This document shows positions 9,884 through 20,800 of a stretch of 64,000 nt of DNA, piece by piece. Source of the stretch: Saprolegnia diclina VS20 (Eukaryota); the NCBI RefSeq assembly GCF_000281045.1, contig NW_008246099.1:244372-308371 (forward strand). The letters run 5' to 3'. Position numbers and translations under genes: made by a program. Positions within the stretch are counted from its first letter, which is position 1; the number at the start of each line of letters is the position of its first letter. Under the pieces are notes generated by a model, which had not been told where the DNA came from, ran no database searches, and was given only the letters and a program-made list of their open reading frames with translations.

Positions 9884-12049
9884 ATGGCCTCGTCCGTGCT
9901 CCGGTCGCCGGAACTCAAGGAGACCATCGTGTCGTACCAAGAAGGACTACCGCAAGACTTGGCCATCGCCCAGCGCCTCGCGGACGCCGTCACGCTCACG
10001 CCGTACCGGCTATTCACGAGCGACGACGAACCAGGATACCTTGCCAACGTCCCAGTCCGGTTTGGGTCGCTACCGTACCTCCAGCGTTTCCCACACCCAA
10101 CGACCAAGCTTCCTCATCACGCGCTCTTTGTCTCGCCGTGCTACTGCGACCGTGCCCTCGCGCTCCACCTCTTGATTGTCGAAGGCAACGTGGCGCTCGT
10201 CCAGCGCTGGCTGCGATGGGATGCCTCGCTGTGTACGTCGGCGACGCTCGAGCTTGCTGCGGCTGCGTCCCAAGGTCCGATTCTGCGTCTTCTCTTCGAG
10301 CAGTTTCCAGCGCTGGCCACACCCAAGATGATGGACCTCGTCGCCATGTCGGGCGACCTCCCACTGCTCAAGTGGCTTCACGAGGCGGGTGCTATATGCT
10401 CCACCGCCGCAATGGATGGCGCGGCCATGAACGGTCATTCTGACGTTGTCCTCTTCCTGCACTCTGCAAGGACCGAGGGCTGCACGATCGCGGCGGCAAC
10501 GGCAGCAGCCGTCAATGGTCACGCGTCGGTCGTTCGCTTTCTTCTCGAGCAGCGCACCGAAGGCGTCGACCCGCACCTCCGATTTGCAACTCCGCACGGC
10601 GAGCACAAGACGCACAGTGTACGTGGCGAGACGCACATTGCGGCCGTCGACCTCGTTGCAGCAAAAGTCGAGTTGACAGACTCGGCGCTTCAAACGATCG
10701 TGGAAAGAGCGGGTCTCGCAGTCCTTCAACATGTCTACGCGCGCGGGTACCTCAAACGAATGACCAAGCGACTGCTGGAGCTGGCGGTTGCCAAGCAAGA
10801 CCACGCAATGCTGCGCTACGTCCTTCACTGTGTCGACCAAGAGAACCCGCGGCCGCCCAGCGACAACGAGTGGCTGCCAACGTATGCACCGAAGGTACCA
10901 AAGGGGGCCCACTCGCTCTCTCGAACGGGTAACGTTGTTTGTCGATTCGACCGATGGGATAGCTGCCAAGTGATGGAGCTGGCTGCGCTCAACGGCGACC
11001 TGACGTCGCTGGAGCTCTTGCACAAGAGCCGCCTGCGAGTCGGATCGAGAAATGCCATCGTCTACGCGGCCTACCGCGGTCACATGCACGTGCTCGACTG
11101 GCTGAACAAGAACCGACGCGACGGCTGTGGCAAAGACGCAATGGTGCTTGCTATCGCCCGCGGTCACAATGACGTTGTGCGCTGGCTCCACGAGGTATAC
11201 GGGCTATGGCGAACCCACGCTGCCTTGGCCACAGCAGCCTACATTGGCCACATGACAATGGTAACATACCTCTTGGACATACCGACGGGCGGTGCCGACA
11301 ATTGGACCGACAAGACCGGCGAATGCTCTCGCGCCGTAGCATCGCTGCCACAACGAGATGGGTACCTTGGCAACTCGGGTGTCGACTACGTCAGCGGGTC
11401 GCCAGCCCACTGGGCAGCAAACCAAGGCCACCTCGAGGTTCTTCAGCTGCTCGTCGCTCGCGGCTACGAACTGCCGCCCCGAGCCATTGACCAAGCCGTG
11501 GAAAACGGTCACGTGGACGTCGTGCGCTACCTTCACGAGTCGTTTGGCCAACGCTGCGGCCGCCTGCCGATCGTGTTTGCGATCTTGAAGACGCACCTTG
11601 ACGTCGTCGCCTACGTCCACTCGCGCCGCTGCTGGCAGCTCAGTTTGGATGACGACATCAGAAACATTACGCTCCCCATGCTGCTCGTGGCCACTGCACG
11701 CAGTGGTAGCCTCGACATTTTGGCGCTTGTCCACGCTGCTTTTCAAGTACCAACAACGCTACCACCCCGCGTCTCGGAGCGCATGATGATCCGCGCTGCG
11801 TCCTACGGCCACCTCGACATGCTCCGACATTTGCACGACGTCTATGGCTTTGGATGGACGCCAATGGCCCAAGAAGCAGCGAGACGACGCGGTCGCAAGA
11901 ACGTACTGCGCTACTTGCAGACGCTTGGACCCGCGGACGCGTCTGTCTACGACATCGACGACCGAGATTTGTGGCTCGAGTTCGATGATTTTGTCATCGC
12001 CATGAGAATGGTCGGCGGACGCCAGCGTATGAGACCCATGTATCAGTGA
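9884..12049 (+). CDS. Ankyrin-repeat protein of the expanded Saprolegniales-type family (~721 aa)
   Basis: Intronless ORF with repeated units such as AMDGAAMNGHSDVVLFLH, RTEGCT, AAYRGHMHVLDWL and AVENGHVDVVRYLHE. Confidence 0.9.
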   Translation: MASSVLRSPELKETIVSYQEGLPQDLAIAQRLADAVTLTPYRLFTSDDEPGYLANVPVRFGSLPYLQRFPHPTTKLPHHALFVSPCYCDRALALHLLIVEGNVALVQRWLRWDASLCTSATLELAAAASQGPILRLLFEQFPALATPKMMDLVAMSGDLPLLKWLHEAGAICSTAAMDGAAMNGHSDVVLFLHSARTEGCTIAAATAAAVNGHASVVRFLLEQRTEGVDPHLRFATPHGEHKTHSVRGETHIAAVDLVAAKVELTDSALQTIVERAGLAVLQHVYARGYLKRMTKRLLELAVAKQDHAMLRYVLHCVDQENPRPPSDNEWLPTYAPKVPKGAHSLSRTGNVVCRFDRWDSCQVMELAALNGDLTSLELLHKSRLRVGSRNAIVYAAYRGHMHVLDWLNKNRRDGCGKDAMVLAIARGHNDVVRWLHEVYGLWRTHAALATAAYIGHMTMVTYLLDIPTGGADNWTDKTGECSRAVASLPQRDGYLGNSGVDYVSGSPAHWAANQGHLEVLQLLVARGYELPPRAIDQAVENGHVDVVRYLHESFGQRCGRLPIVFAILKTHLDVVAYVHSRRCWQLSLDDDIRNITLPMLLVATARSGSLDILALVHAAFQVPTTLPPRVSERMMIRAASYGHLDMLRHLHDVYGFGWTPMAQEAARRRGRKNVLRYLQTLGPADASVYDIDDRDLWLEFDDFVIAMRMVGGRQRMRPMYQ

Positions 12050-12133
12050 GCATGCGACTATAAGGAATCGCTAGATACATAGCATGGCCGACTAAGCTCT
12101 TATATAACATGTGAACCGCACTGTTATATCTAA

Positions 12134-13092
12134 TCAGTCGTCCCGCGAGTGTTCTTGGATAAGGCGCTGAATGTTCTGCAAGTCCTTGTAGAGGCCCGAG
12201 AGTTCCTCTGTCCACTGAAGCGCAGGTAATGCCTTCCCGAGCGCGGCCATGTCGTTGGCGTGGCGCTTGCGGGCGTCAATGTCCGCGGTCACTTGCTTGG
12301 CCAGCTTGCGAAGCTCAGTAAGCGTCGACTTTGGCTCGCGCAGCGCATCTTGATGACTGAGCTCCTTATCCAGGAGGTCTACGCGCCACAGTAATCGTAT
12401 CTCATAGCTCAGAGAGCATGCGTACCTGCGCCCGGTAGCATCTCACGCGGTAGGATCGAGCCCGGCAAGTAGGTGAATTTTTGCTGTAATTTCTCCTTTT
12501 CTTCTTTGGAGCCTGGAAACCTACGCCACAATATGCAGCCAATAAATACAAAAGAAGCGGCGGACTTGGAGACGCGCGGGTGGTAGCCTTCGATGCTCGC
12601 CTTGATCTGCGCAAGCTCCTTTGCAATGACGTCCTTGGGCCGGCGGTGGATCGGCAGCACATCAATCGCGTGACATTGGTGCTACGACAACCTCCAGCAG
12701 TTGAGATTGAAGTGGCGATTTACCGAGGTTTGGTTGCTTGCGCAGGGTGCTGGCACATTGATGGCACGTGCTGTGTTGGACGTTGCGAGCTTGGAGCTGC
12801 GCGCATCGCGGGCTGCGACGCCCCCACCGGGAATGAACGGCCCCACGGGCTCCCGCTGCTTGGTGAGAACCTCTGTATGGCAGCGTTAGCCGTTGATGCT
12901 TCTACAGCATCAGACGCGCAGTGTACTGGGGTATTTGATTTGCGGCTTGGTATTGCCGTTGTAGAGCTTCTTGAGGAGCCGACCGGCCTCCGTATCCGAG
13001 CCAAACGCCCTACGTTCCACATTGTTAGGCTACGCCCCTCGGGTGGTCGCAGACTTCCAAGCCTCGGCGTTCACTTCAACTTCGTTGTTCAT
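12134..13092 (-). CDS. UPF0193/EVG1 (C22orf23)-like coiled-coil protein, about 5 short introns
   Basis: Manual splicing gives MNNEVEVNAEAWKAFGSDTEAGRLLKKLYNGNTKPQIKYPKV...HRRPKDVIAKEL...EEKEKLQQKFTY...KQVTADIDARKRHANDMAALGK...LYKDLQNIQRLIQEHSRDD*, with GT-AG introns carrying CTAAC-like branch points. Family recognised from the RR..I / EK.KLQ..F / I..R....M..LG pattern. Confidence 0.7.
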
Positions 13093-13583
13093 GGCGTCAA
13101 TGACAATGAAGACGGAAATAGACTCGTTCTAATTATGCACCGTCGTCAGCGCTTGACCGTTCCGCTCGTTGTGACGTTGGTCGGTTCCTGGAAGAAAGGC
13201 TCGTATGCCGACGTGGCCTTGCGCAGCTGCACGGCGTGTCGGCTCGTACAGGACAGTTTAAACTGTATACAGAATGGCCATGATTACCCCGCCCGTGATA
13301 CCATCCAATTTTGTGCATTCTGACTTTGTTCTGACCCAAAATGGCGCCGCAACCCGCATTTTCAGATCAACAATGTTGATGTCGGAATTTCAAGTGTAGA
13401 GCAATATACAGATATACAAAACTTGCAGCAAGATGTCGACACCACCGACCAAGGCATCATCAATGTTCATACCCCGTCGGGATCATAGGACTGCCGACGA
13501 GGCAGCGGCGAGCAGTTGACCGTTGCGAGCGTCGAGCGTTTTACCCTTGTCGGTTGACGACGATCGCCAGGCACTTTTCGACA

Positions 13584-16161
13584 ATGATGGAAGCGCGTCT
13601 CGAGAACCTCAAGCGTCACGCGGTCGCGACCAAAGCCGACGTCGACTTCTTCGTCGACGCAGTCACGTCCAGTGCGACGGTCGCCTCGGTCACGTCTGCG
13701 ATCGAGGCCCTCAGTCTACTCGCACGCACCCCATCCGGGCGATCACTGGTGCTCGATGCCATCCAAGCGGCCGGCGACGCATTCGAAACGGCACTGGCAG
13801 CTATACCCACCAAGGACGATACCATGCACCGTGCCTTGATGTACGAACCTAGCTTGTAGCGGACCAGGCTTGAGTTGCGTGGAAATAGCCTTTTGCTGGT
13901 TCGAATAGCCGAGTACAAGCTGCGCGCCGTCGACGCGATCGACTTTATGGGCGGCAACGCGTCGGGTACGATGGCGCTGCTGCTGCACGCGCTCTCTGAT
14001 GCGTCGCTCGTCCAACTCGAGCCGCCGCTGGTGCCCGCGCTCGCCCGCGTGCTCTGCGAGCTCACGCTGCCCTGCGGGTACCCTACCCCCAAGGTATGCG
14101 GTGCGTACGTGTCGCCTGTTTGAATGCGTGGTAGGACGACCATGGGGACGTCGACGCCTTTGCGCGCGAGGTACATTTATGTCTATCGAACAATAGACAT
14201 TTCTGATCGTGTGGCTAGTTGCATGCGCGGGCGGCGGAGCTCGTGGCGTCGAACGGGTTGCACAAAGTCCTGAACGGCCCGGTGTTTCGCCACTTGAACG
14301 CGGGCTTGCTCAACGCGTACTCGGACTCGACGACACTCCATCTCGCAATGGACTCGGTGCTCGGCACGATCGAGTCGTTCGCGTTGCTATTGACGGACGT
14401 GCCGCTACGCACGTCGTTCGTCAAATACATTTTGCTCTCCTCGGGGCTGCTCCACGACTGCCTCGTGCCCTATTTTCTCGTCGTGCTTACACTCCACCCG
14501 GTGAGCGCGGCCGCACATCCCACCGAGCCGACTTGGTTTCAGTACAAGGATGCCGCGACCGGGTACTTGATTTTGCAGTTGTATCATCGTGGACAACTTG
14601 TCTGTTGTGGTGTAGACATCCCTACTATTACAATTGCAAGACGCACGAAACGCGGTGGCAGCTCCCGCCCGGCAACTGCGTGACACCGGCGCGCAAGATT
14701 CAACTGCACGTGCGCTGTCTCACGCACTGGCTACGGCTGCTGGTCGCCTTGACGTTCCAAGCTGCGTCGATCCACACGACCGCCAGTCCGCTCACGGAGC
14801 CATATCTGAACGAGTGGCTGCGCGGCCTCTGCACCGCCGTGCTGGATGCACCGACCTCGTCAGGTAGACGAGAACTCGAGCGCCGTGAACTGAACACATT
14901 CGACTTGCACTAGCGACGCACCCGGTCGTGCTCTTCTTCCTCGAGAACGGCGCCGCGTTCCACTACTTTCTTTCCATCTTGATCAACATTGACGCTTTTC
15001 AGCACGCCGTGTACAACAACAACAACCAAGTTGCGCGGCTGCTGGCGCTTCTCTGCGCACCGCTCGACACCCGCACGCGTTTCCACGCGAAATTTGTACT
15101 TGCGTCCAAGAAAGGCCTGCACGTGCTTCGTGACAAGCTCTCGTTTACGCTCGTCCTTGGGCTCTTGCAAGCGCCGGAGGTGTATTTCATGGCCCACCCC
15201 CAGGCCCTGCCGCAGCCCAAAGAGCGTGTACGACTATCATCGCCTTGTTGTAGTCTGTACCATTCTGATGGTGCATTGCTAGTGGGACCAGTACATTGGC
15301 AACGACGCCCACGCTATCTACTACTACAACGTCACGACGCACGAGTCCGTGTGGGTACTTCCGCCGCCATTGCCGCTCGGGTGGATCGTCGTGTGGTGCG
15401 AAGACTACGAGCAAGGTTACTTTTACAACTCGGTGACGCGGTCGTCGTCGTGGGAGCGCCCGGCCATGACCGAGCCCGAGCCGCCGAGCACGGTGCACCT
15501 TGCCGCGCCTGTGGGTACGCCTCCTACTTCATATAACCCGGTCCAGAAAGGGTGTATAGATGCAACGTTTGAAGCCTACAGTGAACGCGTTATGCTCGAG
15601 TGGGTCGCGACGGCCATGCAGTTTCGCGGCCGTCGGCGCAGCGTCGCACCGACAAGCATCGGGCAGCACGCTCCGGGGCATCGCCGGCCCAGTGTCGTCG
15701 CCCACGACCTCGATTACCAAGGACTCTCGCGCCTCCACGCACCGAAAATGTGCTCGTATCGGTCGTGGCTTTTAGTCGGTGATGATGGCCGTAGGCTGCC
15801 GCCCGTGCGCGACAAGAAGATGTTTCAACAAGAGAACGGGCCCAAGAGCCCGCCGGCTGCGACGATTCCCGCCAAGTTTCTCTGCCCCATCAACCACTCT
15901 CTCATGCTCGAGCCCATGTATTCACCCGAGACCGACTTGACGTACGAGCACCAAGCGATCGTGCACGTCGTTCAAGACGGCGCTGGCGTGTGCCCCGTGA
16001 CCCAGCGCTCCGTGGTAGAACGCTCGACACCTCAACTGATGCGGACGAAGGACACATTACTGTAGGATGTTCGCAAATTGGTGCTCAACACGGCGTTGCA
16101 GCAAGAGATTCGCGCGTTCCAGGCGCGTCAAGCCGACCACGACGCTGTTGTGGCCCTCTGA
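13584..16161 (+). CDS. Multi-exon protein with helical (ARM-like) regions, three WW domains and a C-terminal U-box (putative E3 ligase); the 5' end may extend to about 13341
   Basis: WW1 PTWFQYKDAATG|HPYYYNCKTHETRWQLP; WW2 WDQYIGNDAHAIYYYNVTTHESVWVLP; WW3 PLPLGWIVVWCEDYEQGYFYNSVTRSSSWERP; U-box IPAKFLCPINHSLMLEPM...TYEHQAI...CPVTQ...LVLNTALQQEIRAF; TGA at 16159-16161. Confidence 0.8.
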
Positions 16162-16847
16162 GCCAAGGGAAACGAGAACCTAGCTCTAAGCTCATTCCAA
16201 AGACGTATTGTCATCGCTTTGTTGACAGTCTGTACATTGTATTCCATTGCGGACACTGGTTGCAGCCTTGTGCGAGGCCGGGACCCTGGGTCCATTTCTG
16301 AGTTTGCCACTTTTGTCTTTCGGAAAAGCCGTCGACGCAAGACGGTGCCACCTTGTGGGAGTAGTCGCGGAATGTACCACCCCTTTCCGCTCTACTTTGC
16401 ACGGTTGATATCTCCAGTGTTGCAGCGCACAGCCTTTCTCAGTCTCGTATTAATCGGTTCGAGGCGGTTGGCGATGGTTGCTGCTGTCTGTCCCACATAC
16501 TAGTACTCTCGTGCTCGTTATATCATTTCCAACCTTGCCACCAGCATGTCCCTATCGCATGACCAACACCGCCTTGGGATTCGCAGGCCGACGCTTTACA
16601 CCTTGACGACACGTAGACTAATAGATTCGTCCATGGAGATGTCGAGGGCAGTCGATGCGCGCTGCAACGCCACTCAACGTCCTTTCTACGGCAAACCCGC
16701 AAGTGCACTTTGCCCTTTTGGCAATGTTCTATTTTTACATAATCCCATGAAAATACCGCGCTATTTTCGCCGTTTCTAAACTTAGCAAGGCGCGCTTTTT
16801 GAGAAGGAGGCCCATCATTGCCAAGGTTCAGCGCTACCGCACAAGCG

Positions 16848-17830
16848 ATGGCCTTCCTCCCCAACTGGCAGCAGCCGTTCTACACGCCCGTGCTCGTCAA
16901 GGTACACTGCGATAGTCTGCAATGGTCCTCAACGCGCTCCATTGCGTAGCCGCATGGGGTCGTGATCGAGTCGGGCCACGTATGTGTTGAACCCGACTGC
17001 GGCCTCGTCTTTGAGGACGCGCAGGGTCTCAAAGACCACGTGACGCAGCACACGTGGGGCCCCCACACCGTGCAGACGCACGAGAACGGCGCCAAGACCT
17101 TCCACTGCCTCGGGTGTGGCAAGGCCATGACCGACCGCAAGGTAGACGTGTGCACTCGTTCCTAGCTCAACCGCCGATGTAGGTGCTTCGAAAGCACTTG
17201 CTGACGCACCAAGAGAAGCGGTTTCTATGTACGTTTGACGGCTGCGACAAGAAATTCTACGAACGCGCCAAGCTCAAGCGCCACATGCTCGTGCACACCG
17301 GCGAGAAGGCCTTTCGGTGCACGTTTCCGGCGTGCGACAAGCACTTTGCGTACAAGGCGAACCTCAAGACGCACCTGCGCACGCACACAGGCTTGAAGCC
17401 GTTCCCGTGCCTCTTCCCCGGGTGTCCGCGGACCTTTGCGCAAGCCTCCAACCGCAATTCGCACATGCAGACGCACACACGGGCGTCGTCAAAAGCATGG
17501 GCGGGCGACGCCAAAGAGACGCCGATGCTCACGTCGTCGTCGTCGTCTTTGAATGCGATGGCCCCGTTCAAACTGCCGCCGATGGACTTGTCGCTGCAAG
17601 ACTTCCTCGGACCGATGGACCCGATGCTGCAACGCATTCCAACGCCACGCTTTGCCAAGACCCCGAGCACGTCGAGTTGCTCTGTGTCGGGCAGTCACAT
17701 GCCGAGAGCGCAGTTGTCGCCGCTCGACTTGTCGCTGGACGGACTCAAGTCGAGTGAGCTCTACAACATGCTGCCGACGCCCGGCTCGTTCCTCGGCGGC
17801 AACCTCTTCAGTTTTGACCCAGCGTCGTAA
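16848..17830 (+). CDS. C2H2 zinc-finger transcription factor, YY1-like (5 fingers, 2 introns)
   Basis: Spliced product MAFLPNWQQPFYTPVLVK|PHG...C..C...H, then CLGCGKAMTDRK|VLRKHLLTH, KLKRHMLVHTGEK, NLKTHLRTHTGLKP, FAQASNRNSHMQTH. These four fingers parallel those of YY1 (MRKHLHTH, KLKRHQLVHTGEK, NLRTHVRIHTG, FAQSTNLKSH). Confidence 0.85.
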
Positions 17831-17890
17831 CCTCGTGTTGGAGGCCCCATTTTTAATACACGGATGAATGACGTCACTTTGTCATTATGT

Positions 17891-20800
17891 CTACTCTTCC
17901 GTCGACTCGCGCGACGCACCAATGTCGATCGTCCAGACACTCGCCTTGTCCTTGAAGAGCTTTTGGACGGCGCCCTTGTCGGTCTTGGACGACAGGATCG
18001 CCCCCGAGCTCGAGAAGACTTGAATTTGCGACGGCGCGGTCGACGCGACCTCGTCTGCATCAAAGAGGAAGAGTGCGCATTTCCATTTGATCTCGTCAAA
18101 GCCACCGGAAATCGACTCGAGCTGCAGCTCGAGCGTCCGTGTCGCCTTGTCGCCCTTGCGCCGCAACGTCAACGTCGATGTCTACACAATGTAGGATACA
18201 ATCAATTGTACACCAATTGGCCACAAAATACCTTGGTCGAAGGTTTGCTCCACCCGGTGCGGAGCCCCGAGAAGCCCAATTTTGACGAAAACTTCTTCAT
18301 GAGACCGGACGACGACGACGTCGGTGCAGGCACGAGCGATCCGGACGCTGTCCGTGTCATGCGCGGCCCGGCTTCGTCGGTACCACCATCACTGGCCGTC
18401 TCCCACTCGGCTTCCGACCCCGAGTGCCGGTCACCGTCACCGCTGGCCGACGCCGTCGTCGCAAACGATGTGCGCTGGAGCTTGGAGATGGACGCACCCG
18501 TCGGTGTGAGCACGCGCAACGCAGCTTTGCTGTCGTCGGCTGCCGTATCGGGCTTGGACCAGTTGAGGAACTGCCGCGTGAGTGACGACCCTTTACTCGC
18601 GTCTTTCGACTGCTCGGCGATCGACGCCTGCGCCGAGAGCGCGGCTTGCTCGGCGATCGAGAGCATCGCTTTCGTCGCAGCGTCGGCAAACAGCGCCGCC
18701 TGGAGCGAGTGGAGGCCATCGAGAATGACCGTCTTGTCGTTGGAGCAGAGCTGCGCTTGGTGCGCTGCGTACGCGGGCGAGTGCTCGAGGAAGAGGCCGT
18801 GGCGCACCACCGCCTCTTGGACCTTTTGGGTCAGCGCAAACTTGGCCTGCTTGAGGCCAAACGCGACGTCATGGTCCCGCGTCGTGTTGGAGTCGATGAC
18901 AATGTGCGTCGACCGGAGCGACGCCGTCAGCGGGTCGAGCAAGGCTGAGCACACCACCGGTTTCTGCGTGCTTTCCTAATAGAAGACGAGCACGATAAGA
19001 GAATGCAAGGATATCGGTTCGTACAAAGTCGATCGAACCGAGCACGTCTTGGGTCGTCAGCATCGAAAGTGACTCGGTCGGCGTTGCTGCTGGTACCGGA
19101 AACGCCGCCGCAAACAACGCCTCGGCGGTAGCCACCGGCGGCGTGGCCTAGCACACACATGTTACTTGACATTCACGGAGGGATAGAAGGTAGAAGCGTA
19201 CGGCGGGTGGCGCAAAGGAGTCAAAGCTCGAGGCGAATCCCGCGCTCGTCGCGGGCGCTTCAAAGCTTGCGAAATCGTCGTCGGCCTGCTCGCCAAAGTC
19301 ACCGAACGCATCGTCGTCGTCGTCGTCGTTGCCAGCCCACGCCGACGACTGGGCGCCCCAGCCGCCGTCATTCGCCGGGGCGGACGTCGCCCACTCATTC
19401 GCTGGCGCCTTCTCCACGGCCACAAAGTCACCAAAGTCGTCGTCCACCGGCGTCTCTTGCTGCACCTTGGCAGCGCCCGCGCTCAGCCACGACGACGTTG
19501 CGTTCGTAGCCACCGTGCGGACAACCGCAGCGCGCTCGGTCCACGGCGCGGTGTTGCCCAAATCGGCCGGCGCGGGTGGCGACCACGCACAGCTGTCGGT
19601 TGAAGTAGACGACGGGACGGCGGGCGTCGACGGTAGCCACGGGTTGCTCCCCGTCGTCGCGACCACCGGCGTCGGGGCGGCAGGCGCAGTGAACCACGGG
19701 TTGCTTGCTGCTGCCGATAAGGCTGGCACGGCAGGTGCGGTCGCCCACAGGTTCTCAAACCCATCGTCGTCGTCGTCGTTCTTGGTGGTGGTCGTTAGCC
19801 ACGGGTTGGTCGGTTGCGCCGGCGGGGGACTGGACTGCAACCACGGGTTGCCGTCGTCGAGGGTCGAGTCGTGCGGGGCTCGGTCTGTGTCGGCAGCGGA
19901 AAGCCACGGGTTGGTGGCCGTCTCGTCGGGCACTGGCTCTTGAAGCCACGGATTCGACGTCCCACCGACGTCGTCGTCATGTGTTGAAAACGTATTGTCG
20001 GCGACGACCGTCGTCGACTCGGTCTCAAAGGCGGCGACATCGTTGCCACTGGCCGAATGAGGGCTCGTGCTGGATGGTGCGTCGTCAACCGGTGCGTTTT
20101 GCTCGAGCCACGGGTTTGACGCGACGGGTGACACTGCATCGTCGATTGAGAACACGGCCGTGTCGTCTTCCTGCTGCACCTCCGTGGTACTCTGCTGCCA
20201 CGAGCTGGCTGTAAACGCTTCGAACGAGATCACTGTTGTGTCATTGACAAACGTCGAGACGTCGGTGTCGGCAGCAACCGAGAAGTCCGTGTCGCCAGCA
20301 ACGGAGAAGTCAGCAGCCGAAGAATCCACCCACTCGCTCGGCGACGCGACGACGATTGGGGCTTCCACAGTGCTATTTGTATAGTCTTCTGGCGCCTCGA
20401 TTGGCTCATCGACGGCTGGTGCAACCGGTTCGGCAAAGATCGGGACTTCACCGGCGTCGCTGGTTGCGCCCGCTGTGTTGACACCGGGCGTGGTGTCGTC
20501 GTTCAGAGCCGCCGCGTCGAGTGCAGCGTCAGGAGTCGACGCTCGTGCCGCCCAGTCGTCCGTCGCCGTCTTCTCCGCGACAAGGTCGTCGTCGGACGGG
20601 GCACTGGCGGTCGTCGATGTGGCAAATGCCGCATCAAGGGCTTCGTGGTGCGCGGCAGGGCTCCCGACCGAGAGTGTTTGGTCCGAGTTGGATGCTGTCC
20701 AGTCGGTCGTCGTTTCTTCGTCGTCATCGTCCACGGAGCTCGTGACGGTAAACTCGACTGTCGACGCCGACGGTGACGGCGCTACCATCATCATCGGGTC

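Noticed and set aside
703..10443. Long ORFs in the track containing X runs (e.g. 703-2346, 1458-2567, 6995-8932 5' part, 9379-10443)
   Set aside because: They are open only because N gaps hide stop codons and frame.
10070..11191. Long antisense or alternate-frame ORFs over real genes (also 17864-18979, 25246-26085, 30382-31764, 49067-50584, 50780-51844)
   Set aside because: Shadow ORFs expected from high GC3 codon bias; no motifs of their own.
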